Positions 8,049 to 16,497 of a DNA stretch of 32,000 nucleotides are shown piece after piece. Source of the stretch: Candidatus Electrothrix yaqonensis. Its GTDB lineage: Bacteria > Desulfobacterota > Desulfobulbia > Desulfobulbales > Desulfobulbaceae. The notes below the pieces were generated by a model. It was given only the letters and a program-made list of their open reading frames with translations, made no database searches and was not told the origin of the DNA. A program made the position numbers and the translations under genes. How positions within the stretch are numbered: position 1 is the stretch's first letter; each line of letters begins with the position of its first letter. The DNA lies in the NCBI GenBank assembly GCA_047651235.1, contig CP178758.1, positions 1,020,001-1,052,000 of the forward strand. Reading direction: 5' to 3'.

Positions 8049-9304
8049 ACAGTACAGCCTTACCGGATTCCGCCCGGATCGTGATCACCGGGGTCGGCCT
8101 GACCGCACCGGGCAATGCCTGTACCCTTGCCGAATTCCGGGAACAGGTTCTTGCCGGGAGGAGCGGTATCTCCACCATTGATCTGCGCTATATGGGCACC
8201 CATCCTGCCGGAATCTGTGAATTCCCGGAAACTAAGCACCGGAAAAAGCGGGAAAACAAGCGGGGTACCAGGGCAGGCTGTATCGGGGTCTACTGCGCAG
8301 GGGAGGCCTTGGCTGATGCCGGGATAGATTTTTCTGAATACGAGCGTAGCCGTACCGGGGTGTACATAGGCCTGACCGAACACGGTACGGTGGAAACAGA
8401 GAACGAAGTCTACAATATCAGTCAGTTTGGCTATAATGTGGACTACTGGACGCATCACCACAATCCGCGCACTGTGCTCAACAACCCGGCCGGGGAGATC
8501 ACCATGACCTTCGGCATCACCGGGCCGCATTACGCGGTAGGCGCAGCTTGTGCAGCCGGGAATGCAGCCCTGATTCACGGCACCCAGATGCTCCGTCTCG
8601 GTGAGGTGGATTTTGCCCTGTGCGGCGGACTTTCCGAATGCATTGGATCTTTCGGCATTTTTGCCAGCTTCCGGGCCCAGGGAGCACTGGCAGAGCACGA
8701 GGATCCGACCAGAGCCAGCCGACCGCTGGATCAGGATCGCAACGGTATTGTGATTTCCGAGGGGGGCTGCATATTCACCTTGGAACGGCTGGATAAGGCT
8801 CTGGCCAGAGGAGCAAAAATATACGGCGAAATTGCCGGGTATGCCATGAACTCGGATGCCCGCGATTTTGTCCTCCCACACGGGCCGCGCCAGGCCGAAT
8901 GCATCCGTCTGGCCCTTGACCGGGCTGGACTCCGCCCGGCAGATATCGATCTCATCAACACCCATGCCACCGGCACCCGCCAGGGCGATGTGGAAGAGTG
9001 CAGAGCGCTGGCCAAGGTCTTTGCCGACTGCCCGGACACGAAAATCAATAATACCAAATCCATTATCGGCCATGCTATGGGAGCCGCCGGGGTGCTGGAG
9101 CTGGCCGCCAATCTGCCCGCCTTTGAAGATAACCTGGTGCATCCCACCATCAATCTGGACAGCCCTGATCCTGACTGCGCCCTGCCCGGTCTGGTCGCCG
9201 GAAGACCGGAGAAAGTCGGGCAGGTGGAAACGATTCTCAACAACTCCTTCGGAATGGTCGGGATAAATTCGGTCGTTATTCTCAAGAGATTTGTGGAAAA
9301 ATAA
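8045..9304 (+). CDS. beta-ketoacyl-[ACP] synthase family protein (KAS I/II-type, Cys-His-His)
   Basis: The 419-aa product has the active-site Cys in YAVGAACAAGNAAL and the two His residues in INTHATGT and IGHAMGAAG. Its start overlaps the alaS stop (ATGA at 8045-8048), with AGGAG just upstream. Confidence 0.88.
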   Translation: MNSTALPDSARIVITGVGLTAPGNACTLAEFREQVLAGRSGISTIDLRYMGTHPAGICEFPETKHRKKRENKRGTRAGCIGVYCAGEALADAGIDFSEYERSRTGVYIGLTEHGTVETENEVYNISQFGYNVDYWTHHHNPRTVLNNPAGEITMTFGITGPHYAVGAACAAGNAALIHGTQMLRLGEVDFALCGGLSECIGSFGIFASFRAQGALAEHEDPTRASRPLDQDRNGIVISEGGCIFTLERLDKALARGAKIYGEIAGYAMNSDARDFVLPHGPRQAECIRLALDRAGLRPADIDLINTHATGTRQGDVEECRALAKVFADCPDTKINNTKSIIGHAMGAAGVLELAANLPAFEDNLVHPTINLDSPDPDCALPGLVAGRPEKVGQVETILNNSFGMVGINSVVILKRFVEK

Positions 9305-9422
9305 AATCTGCTATGGTAAGGTGCTCAGCTTCGTTAAAATGATGACAGCTGCATCGTGGCCGCAGGCAGAATTAGGTGCTTTAAGAAATTGTTACGCGTA
9401 TTTTTTTTATTGAGGAGCAGGC

Positions 9423-9674
9423 ATGACCCGTGATGAAATCAAGGATGTGATTCTTGAAATTATTGAAGATATCGATGAGGATGCGGAGTTTGACAGTCTG
9501 GACGCAGACAAACCTCTCCGGGATCAGCTGGATCTTGACTCCATGGATTTCCTTGATATCGTTATGGAGCTCCGTAAGCGCTACAAACTGCAGATCCCGG
9601 AAGATGATTATCCTGAACTCGCCACCCTGACCAGCTGCGTCAACTATCTTGAGCCCAAGCTGCAAGACGCCTGA
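9423..9674 (+). CDS. acyl carrier protein
   Basis: The 83-aa acidic protein carries the phosphopantetheine-attachment motif LDLDSMDFLDIV. A strong RBS (gaggag) lies upstream. Confidence 0.85.
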   Translation: MTRDEIKDVILEIIEDIDEDAEFDSLDADKPLRDQLDLDSMDFLDIVMELRKRYKLQIPEDDYPELATLTSCVNYLEPKLQDA

Positions 9675-9786
9675 TAGAGTCCCTATCAGCGATATTCCGT
9701 TCTTATGCACACAGGGGAAGGCCGTTCTGAAACAGGAAGAACAGGAACAATAACGCGGCATACTTTTCTTTCCCTGCGTTTTCATC

Positions 9787-11169
9787 ATGGCTGACTACCA
9801 GCTCATCATTCTCGGCGGCGGTCTGGCCGGTCTGGCCGCCGGTATCCGTTCCGCCCGTTTCGGCCGAAAAACTCTGATTGTCGAACAGCATCATCTGCCG
9901 GGCGGCCTGAATTCCTATTACTTTCGCCAAGGGCATCTGCTGGAGACCGGTCTCCATGCGATGACCAATTTTGCCCCGCAGGGCATCAAATACGCGCCGC
10001 TGAACCGGCTCTTCCGCCAGCTCAAACTTTCCCGAAAAAAATTCATCACCCGCGAACAGCTTACCTCCGAGGTCATCTTCCCCCAGACTGTCCTCAGCTT
10101 CTCGAACGATCTGAATCTGCTCTGTGAAGAGGTCGCTGCGTCCTTTCCTGCCGCAATTGACCGCTTTCGGACAATGATCAGGGAAATAGACAGCTATGAT
10201 CCCTTTGCCGATGTGCCTTGGCAGTCTGCCAGGAAATTTCTTCATGAGCGCATAGCGGAACCTCTGCTGGAAGAGATGCTCCTGCTGCCCCTGATGGTCT
10301 ACGGCAATGCGGAAGAGAACGACATGGATCTGGGCCAGTTTGCCATCATGTTCCGGGCGGTCTTTCTGGAAGGCTTTTTCCGGCCGGAGGGCACGATCAA
10401 AGAGCTGATCGATCGGCTCCTGGCCCAGTACGAACAGTTCGGCGGCGAACTCCGGCTGCGCACCCCGGTTGCCCGGATCATCAGCCGAGACAACAGGGTG
10501 CAGGGGGTCCGGCTGGAGAGCGGTGGAGAGCTGACTGCGGATGCCGTCCTATCCACGGTCGGGATTCCCGGTACAGCCCAAATGAGCGGTTGGCCGCTGG
10601 AGATCGAAAAATACATCGGCAGAATGAGCTTTATGGAAACCATTTCCATGCTGCCCGACCTGCAGTTGCCGCCGGATCGGACAGACCGGACCATCATCTT
10701 TTATAATCTGAAGGAGCAGTTGGCCTATCATCGCCCTGCTGCACCCATTGACCCGTCCTGGGGAGTAATTTGCTTTCCGGAGAATTTTCAGGGGTTGGAA
10801 AAAAGTAATCCTGTTCAGGTCCGGGTGACCAATGCGGCAAACTACGATATCTGGCAGCAGGCAGCGGCTGACAGGGAGCAGTACCTGCAGCTCAAAGAAA
10901 AATGCGGGCAGCAGTCAGCCGCAGCAGTCAGCAGCATTCTCGGCGAATACAGACAGGAGGTCGTGTTTCAGGATAGCTTCACGCCCATGACCATTGAACG
11001 CTACACCGGCAAATGCGCCGGAGCTGTGTACGGCAGCCCGATCAAGATCAAGAGCGGCAGAACCCCGTGGGAGAATCTCTTTATCGCCGGGACAGATCAA
11101 GGCTATCTCGGTATTGTCGGCTCCATGCTCAGCGGGGTGACCATTGTGAATCAGCATCTTTTGGGATAA
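9787..11169 (+). CDS. FAD/NAD(P)-dependent oxidoreductase, phytoene-desaturase (CrtI)-like, paralog 1
   Basis: The N-terminal Rossmann motif is LIILGGGLAGLAAG...LIVEQHHLPGGL. At 460 aa, the length and C-terminal region are typical of amine-oxidase/CrtI-like flavoenzymes. Confidence 0.8.
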   Translation: MADYQLIILGGGLAGLAAGIRSARFGRKTLIVEQHHLPGGLNSYYFRQGHLLETGLHAMTNFAPQGIKYAPLNRLFRQLKLSRKKFITREQLTSEVIFPQTVLSFSNDLNLLCEEVAASFPAAIDRFRTMIREIDSYDPFADVPWQSARKFLHERIAEPLLEEMLLLPLMVYGNAEENDMDLGQFAIMFRAVFLEGFFRPEGTIKELIDRLLAQYEQFGGELRLRTPVARIISRDNRVQGVRLESGGELTADAVLSTVGIPGTAQMSGWPLEIEKYIGRMSFMETISMLPDLQLPPDRTDRTIIFYNLKEQLAYHRPAAPIDPSWGVICFPENFQGLEKSNPVQVRVTNAANYDIWQQAAADREQYLQLKEKCGQQSAAAVSSILGEYRQEVVFQDSFTPMTIERYTGKCAGAVYGSPIKIKSGRTPWENLFIAGTDQGYLGIVGSMLSGVTIVNQHLLG

Positions 11170-11184
11170 TAATGAGCTGAGATC

Positions 11185-11826
11185 ATGTATTGTAAAGGAA
11201 AACTGACATCTTGGAACGAGGAGAAAGGGTTCGGCTTTATTACACCTGCTGACGGAGGAAAACGGATCTTTGTCCACGTCACATCTTTTCTCAACCGTGG
11301 GCGACACCCGGAAGCTGACCAGTCCGTAACCTATAAAATATCTTCGGATAATCAGGGACGTCCCTGCGCAGTACAGGTTGCATTGCCCGGTGATAAACGT
11401 AAACGGAAAAGCAGAACCTGCTCCTACGTTATCGCCCTGCTTTTCTTCGCAGCTGTTGCCGGTTCAGTTTTGGCGAATAAAATACCTCCTTTAATTCTCG
11501 GCCTCTATTTTGTGCTCAGTCTGCTCACGTTCCTTGTCTATGCCAAAGATAAATCAGCAGCGAGGAGAGATGCGTGGCGGACTCCTGAAAGCACGCTGCA
11601 CCTGTTCTCACTTATTGGCGGCTGGCCGGGCGCATTGATTGCGCAGCAGCAACTGCGTCACAAGTCAAAAAAGCAGCCGTTCCGCTTTATTTTTTGGACA
11701 ACAGTATTGCTGAACTGCGGTGCATTCTCCCTGCTGTTCATTCCGAAGGTATCTCTTGAGGTTCAGTATTGGATTGATGTCAGGCTTAAATTCTGGATTG
11801 ATAATACGCTAAAGCCGCTTTTCTGA
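11185..11826 (+). CDS. cold-shock domain / DUF1294 membrane fusion protein
   Basis: The N-terminal CSD reads GKLTSWNEEKGFGFITPADGGKRIFVHV. It is followed by hydrophobic helices and the DUF1294-like KSAARRDAWRTPESTLHL.SLIGGWPGALIAQQ.LRHKSKK. Confidence 0.85.
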   Translation: MYCKGKLTSWNEEKGFGFITPADGGKRIFVHVTSFLNRGRHPEADQSVTYKISSDNQGRPCAVQVALPGDKRKRKSRTCSYVIALLFFAAVAGSVLANKIPPLILGLYFVLSLLTFLVYAKDKSAARRDAWRTPESTLHLFSLIGGWPGALIAQQQLRHKSKKQPFRFIFWTTVLLNCGAFSLLFIPKVSLEVQYWIDVRLKFWIDNTLKPLF

Positions 11827-11890
11827 ACGAACTTGGAGCTGACTATTCCAGACTATTTCAACAGCATCTTTTGGGTGATTAACTGTACAA

Positions 11891-12139
11891 ATGCGATGCA
11901 GGATCTGTCAGAGAAAGTTAGATGAATCATCTACATGCTGTCCGGAATGTAATATTTCCTTCTGCCCTTACTGCAATCATTGCAATATATTGCATCAGAA
12001 AGTATCTATAGGGCGTGCTGTAGCGTATTTTTTTACATTCCCTTTTTTCGTGCTGGCAATGCTGCTGATTCCGGAATTGGTTACTCCTCTGCTAACATCC
12101 AAAAAATGTACAAAATGCGGTAAAAGGTATCGGGAATAA
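11891..12139 (+). CDS. small zinc-ribbon membrane protein (hypothetical)
   Basis: The 82-aa product has CxxC...CxxC, CxxCxxC and a C-terminal CxxC, flanking one hydrophobic helix (AVAYFFTFPFFVLAMLLIP). There is no clear RBS. Confidence 0.4.
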   Translation: MRCRICQRKLDESSTCCPECNISFCPYCNHCNILHQKVSIGRAVAYFFTFPFFVLAMLLIPELVTPLLTSKKCTKCGKRYRE

Positions 12140-12169
12140 AGATTATTCAAAAAGCAACATACTGATGCC

Positions 12170-12775
12170 ATGAATGAAAACAGGATGCTCAGGGAGGTTT
12201 TCGACGCCCTTCCCTCAATGGTGTTCGTGGTTGACCGGGATGTGCGGATTCAGGAGTACAACGCGGCTGCCGCTGAACTCATCACGGCTGAACGGGCCAT
12301 TGTCCTGCAGCAGCGGGCTGGTGATATCCTGCGCTGCATTAACGCTTCTAAAATGCCGGGAGGGTGCGGCTGTTCTTCGGCCTGCAAAGTCTGTATTATC
12401 AGGAATTCCGTAACAGAAGCCTTCCGGGGAAACCGGGCGGTCCGGCGCCGCACCAGAATACAGCTTGTGCAGCACGGCGAGAAAATAGAAATCTACGCGC
12501 TGGTCACGGTTTCGCCTTTTTCCTTTCAGGGAAATCCTCACGCCCTGCTGGTGATAGAGGATCTCAATGAAATAGCAGAGCTGTACAATATAATTTTCAT
12601 CTGCCCTATATGCGGTAAAATGCAGGACCAAAAGGACTCGTGGATGCGCGTCGAAGCCTATTTCAAAAACAACTGGGATATTGACTGCTCGCACGGTTAC
12701 TGCCCTGACTGCTTTAAACTGGAGATGGAGAAAGTTAAAGCATACGACCGCTCCCGGTCAGGAAATTCCCGTTGA
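12170..12775 (+). CDS. stand-alone PAS-like sensor protein with Cys cluster and C-terminal zinc-ribbon
   Basis: The PAS-like N-terminus reads LREVFDALPSMVFVVDRDVRIQEYNAAAAEL. A Cys cluster GGCGCSSACKVC follows. The C-terminus is CPICG...SHGYCPDC. Confidence 0.6.
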   Translation: MNENRMLREVFDALPSMVFVVDRDVRIQEYNAAAAELITAERAIVLQQRAGDILRCINASKMPGGCGCSSACKVCIIRNSVTEAFRGNRAVRRRTRIQLVQHGEKIEIYALVTVSPFSFQGNPHALLVIEDLNEIAELYNIIFICPICGKMQDQKDSWMRVEAYFKNNWDIDCSHGYCPDCFKLEMEKVKAYDRSRSGNSR

Positions 12776-12830
12776 AAAGAGAAAGTATCCAGTTAGAAAA
12801 ACAAGAAAATCAGAAATTACAATATATACA

Positions 12831-14240
12831 ATGATGCCCTTTACCCCTCTTGATAAAGTTCAGAACAGCTACGATGTCATCGTGATCGGCTCCGGCCTTG
12901 GTGGCCTGACCTGCGGCAACCGATTGGCCAAGGCAGGCCATACAGTCCTCCTGCTGGAGCACCACACCCAGCTAGGAGGGCTGGCCACCTGGTTCAAGCG
13001 CGGTGGTCATATTTTTGACGTCTCCCTGCACGGCTTTCCGCACGGCATGGTCAAGACCTGCAAAAAATACTGGTCCAAGGAAATCCGGAACTCCATTGTT
13101 CAGCTGAAAAACATCGTTTTTGATAATCCCCAGTTTTCGCTGTCCACCACCTTTTCCAAGGATGATTTTACCCGTATCCTGCATGAGGATTTTAAGATTG
13201 ATCGGACTACTGTGGATGATTTTTTCAGCACGGTCAGGGCCATGAATTTTTATGATGACCAAGGCATGACCACCCGCGAGCTGTTTGAACAGTTCTTTCC
13301 AGGCCGCTCCGATGTCCACCGCCTGCTTATGGAACCCATCACCTATGCCAACGGCTCCACTCTGGATGAACCGGCCATCACCTACGGTATTGTGTTTTCC
13401 AATTTCATGAGCAAGGGCGTGTTCACCTTTGAGGGCGGCACAGACAAGCTGATCGGCATGATGGCAGATGATCTGCAGCGAAACGGGGTGACCATCTGCA
13501 CCAAGGCCAAGGCGGAGCGCATTCTGGTCGATAAGGGCAGGGTCAGGGGCGTGCTCGTCAACGGGCAGGAGATTACAGCCAAGTCCGTAGTCTCCAATTC
13601 CGGCATCACCAACACTATTGATAATCTCGCCGGTCGGGATGCCTTCACCAATGACTTCCTGTCCCGCTTTGATAAGGTGGTGGTGAACAACTCTTCCTGT
13701 CAGGTCTATTTCGGTATCCGTAAGAGTGAGTCCTTCCCTGATGTGGGCGATCTGCTTTTTACGTCAACGGCGAAGGAATTTTCTTCCAAAGAAATGCGTC
13801 GGATGGATACGCAGAGCCGCACCTTTTCTGTCTACTATCCCAAGACCCGGCCGGAATATCCGGATTACACCGTGGTAGCCTCCATGAATGCCAATTACGA
13901 TGACTGGGCCGGGCTTGACCCGCAGACCTATACCCAGAAAAAAGAGGCTATGGTGGAACGTTGCTTTGCTGATCTGGAACGCTACATCCCCGGCATCCGC
14001 GACAAGGTGGACACTATCTCCTCGGCCACACCCAAGACCTTTAACCGTTACACCCTGCACACCAGAGGCACCTCCTTCGGCACCAAGTTTGAGGGCTTGG
14101 ATATCTCCCGCTCCATTTTTAAAGAGGTGGGCGGCCTGTTCCATGTCGGCTCCGTGGGTATTATCATGAGCGGCTGGTTGGGTGCGATCAACTACGGGGT
14201 TATTGTGGCTAATGATGTGGATGCGTATGTGAGGGGGTAA
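12831..14240 (+). CDS. FAD/NAD(P)-dependent oxidoreductase, phytoene-desaturase (CrtI)-like, paralog 2
   Basis: The start is set at ATG 12831 (MMPFTPLDKVQNSYDVIVIGSGLGGLTCG...LLLEHHTQLGGL). It has the same Rossmann and EHH..GGL layout as the 9787-11169 product. Confidence 0.8.
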   Translation: MMPFTPLDKVQNSYDVIVIGSGLGGLTCGNRLAKAGHTVLLLEHHTQLGGLATWFKRGGHIFDVSLHGFPHGMVKTCKKYWSKEIRNSIVQLKNIVFDNPQFSLSTTFSKDDFTRILHEDFKIDRTTVDDFFSTVRAMNFYDDQGMTTRELFEQFFPGRSDVHRLLMEPITYANGSTLDEPAITYGIVFSNFMSKGVFTFEGGTDKLIGMMADDLQRNGVTICTKAKAERILVDKGRVRGVLVNGQEITAKSVVSNSGITNTIDNLAGRDAFTNDFLSRFDKVVVNNSSCQVYFGIRKSESFPDVGDLLFTSTAKEFSSKEMRRMDTQSRTFSVYYPKTRPEYPDYTVVASMNANYDDWAGLDPQTYTQKKEAMVERCFADLERYIPGIRDKVDTISSATPKTFNRYTLHTRGTSFGTKFEGLDISRSIFKEVGGLFHVGSVGIIMSGWLGAINYGVIVANDVDAYVRG

Positions 14241-14252
14241 GCAGAGAATTCC

Positions 14253-14531
14253 ATGATTGTTCTTGAGGGCTATCAACAGCGGATCGCCAGTATCTGCCGA
14301 AAGTATCAGGTAAAAAGTCTGCGTGTATTCGGCAGTGCACTCACGGAAGATTTCAGCGAAAGCAGCGATATCGATTTTCTCATAGAGCTCAACAGCACAG
14401 CAGGCGGTATCACAAGATATTATGAATGTGAAGTTTGAACTTGAAGAACTGTTTGCCCGCCGAGTTGATCCTTCATGCCCAAGGCCATCAGAAACAGCCG
14501 CATCCGGGAATACATATTTGCCAATATATAG
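14253..14531 (+). pseudogene. MntA-like nucleotidyltransferase (type VII antitoxin-like), two frameshifts
   Basis: Frame 1 reads LRVFGSALTEDFSESSDIDFLIEL. Frame 2 reads DIMNVKFELEELFARRVD. Frame 3 reads MPKAIRNSRIREYIFANI*. The stop codon (14529-14531) lies inside the first bases of the 107-bp repeat. There is no HepT partner downstream. Confidence 0.6.
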
Positions 14532-14633
14532 CTGGAGCAGTATAAACTGAATACAGATCCAGCTACCTGAAAGGCGTGAGAGCAAGGCTGATGCCTCTTG
14601 GATGCGCAGTCAAATTATATCGCTCCAGCTATA
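14527..14633. repeat. 107-bp terminal-inverted-repeat element, copy 2
   Basis: It has the same length and termini as 1146-1252 (tatagctggagc...gctccagctata). It sits at the boundary between normal-GC DNA and the AT-rich island. Confidence 0.7.
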
Positions 14634-14745
14634 AGGACTGATTATGCCGCCAATGCCTGTCAGCTAATTCTGCAGTTTTCTCATAAATGAAAAACATTGA
14701 AATTATTATCTACAAAAAAGTGCGCGAAGCTTGTGACCGAAATTA

Positions 14746-15090
14746 TTATATACTTAACGCCTTCCATAAACCTCTGTGGATTATAATCCTCTCATTAGGG
14801 TTGAAAAAAGTATGTCTATCTCTATACTTAAAACAGTAATAATTACGATCAAGATTACCTATTGCACTACAATCAAACAAGTAGTTTAAGACCTTATAAA
14901 GATCGTGGCGAGTTATAAGACTTGTTTTTTGATAGCACTCGGAAATTTCATCTAATGTAAAACGAGTTTTCTTTAAATAAGAAAGACTTTTTAATAGTGC
15001 ATCAACATCATCAATGCTTAAATAACCTACAAGCTCGTCCTTTATCTCAGGCAGAAAGTAATTAAAAGAGTATCTTCTTAACCCTGCCAA
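14746..15090 (-). CDS. C-terminal module of the adjacent P-loop NTPase (probably the same gene split by a frameshift)
   Basis: The 114-aa ORF has only a TTG start, no internal Met and no RBS. Its frame is open back to 15114, which overlaps the end of the upstream ORF. It shares the AT-rich composition of 15099-16046. Confidence 0.45.
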   Translation of the reverse strand: MAGLRRYSFNYFLPEIKDELVGYLSIDDVDALLKSLSYLKKTRFTLDEISECYQKTSLITRHDLYKVLNYLFDCSAIGNLDRNYYCFKYRDRHTFFNPNERIIIHRGLWKALSI

Positions 15091-15098
15091 AACATGAT

Positions 15099-16031
15099 TT
15101 AGCTCAACAGGTCTTTAACTGAGCTGTCTTTCAATTGCGCTCTTTTGTTTACAAGATGCACCAACTTAGAACTCGATGGCTTTCGAGGATTATGATACCA
15201 GTCAAGTTCAACAGATAAATCTTGTCTTATTTTATTTTTATTCGGTCCAGGAATCCTCTCGTATAACTCCGTACGGCATAATACTACTATTTTTATAGGG
15301 ATATCTTTTTCTATAAAAGATATATTTAACCTCGTAGATTCTAATATTAAAGCCGCAATTGATTGATATTGAATTTCTTTTTGTAATAAAATGTCGTCAA
15401 GGCCATCAATAATAATAATATGATTGTTATCAAATTTATCGAAGCTAAGCAATGATTCTTTCAAAGATGAAATAATCCTGATAAAACCAAGATCGTTAAT
15501 TTTCTTTTGATTTGAATCGTACTCTATATCTAGTAGTCCTGGAAGCTTAGCCTTGTACTTGGGCTTAGATGAGGCTATTACAGTCTCTTTTAAATTTTTT
15601 GTTGGCAATAACCCAACTTCACTTAATGCATTAATTGAAGACATTACATTACTGTCAGAATAAATACTTTCATCTCTTGATAATGAATTCAATATACTTA
15701 AAATTAACAGCCATGACCATGCCGAAGGATATCTCGACTCTGGTTCTGCGTCACCAGTTACTATTTTTTCAAAATTTCCATAAGGAAAGTCAGATAAAAA
15801 TAAATTACTAACAAAAAGATTAAATTTTTTTTTCGATAAAAGTCTAAGATGTTCGCCAATTGAAGACTTTCCAGAACCTTTATAACCAAGAAACAGAAAT
15901 TTTGGACTATCGATTATTTTATCAATAACGTCCCACGGATCAAGAAAACCATCTAATAACAAATCAGGGTATAGAGCTCCTTCTAATTCTGCAGTTGCAG
16001 AACCAAACAGTATGTCTTTGAAATAAAGCAT
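15099..16031 (-). CDS. P-loop NTPase (KAP/STAND-like), candidate defence ATPase
   Basis: Walker A is FLFLGYKGSGKSS. Walker B is NHIIIIDGLDD. The start is set at ATG 16031 (MLYFKDILFG...). Composition is strongly AT-rich relative to the flanks. Confidence 0.65.
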   Translation of the reverse strand: MLYFKDILFGSATAELEGALYPDLLLDGFLDPWDVIDKIIDSPKFLFLGYKGSGKSSIGEHLRLLSKKKFNLFVSNLFLSDFPYGNFEKIVTGDAEPESRYPSAWSWLLILSILNSLSRDESIYSDSNVMSSINALSEVGLLPTKNLKETVIASSKPKYKAKLPGLLDIEYDSNQKKINDLGFIRIISSLKESLLSFDKFDNNHIIIIDGLDDILLQKEIQYQSIAALILESTRLNISFIEKDIPIKIVVLCRTELYERIPGPNKNKIRQDLSVELDWYHNPRKPSSSKLVHLVNKRAQLKDSSVKDLLS

Positions 16032-16497
16032 AGAATCGCATGACAAGTTATTAAGGAAAATGCTCTTCTCACGTATCCAGCCTCTAACATTTTCCTGATA
16101 TTTTCATCCGTCAATACAGACAAGCCCTCTCTTCAACTGTGTAATTTCAAATAATAAAATAAACATAATCAACAGAGAAAGTAAATAGTTTTTTTGTAAA
16201 TGTTACACGAAAAGTCCCCCGCCGGTATCACAGCCTTAAATCAGACAGCACATTGACGGGACACAGCAGGGTGCAGATTCGAATACCGAGGCCAATTTAC
16301 ACCTTAGCTCATGTCTCTTGACGCTCGGCTTTTCCTTCTTGCTGTGACAGGGGACAACTCTGCGAACCTGCTTTCAGTCAATCTCTTCACCTTTCCTGCA
16401 TTGCCCGACGCTCTGTGCTGTGGTATCTTTTAACTTCACAATAATTCCTGTTCGCCGACAGGCCGCTTTTACGCAAGAAAATTCCCCAGAGAGCATA

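Noticed and set aside
8060-9142. 360-aa minus-strand ORF, plus 8731-9285
   Set aside because: They are antisense to the ketoacyl-ACP synthase, which has a clear Cys-His-His signature. They have no recognisable motifs.
13764-14585. 273-aa minus-strand ORF
   Set aside because: It runs antisense across the 3' end of the CrtI-like gene, the nucleotidyltransferase pseudogene and the repeat element. It crosses unrelated features and has no motifs.
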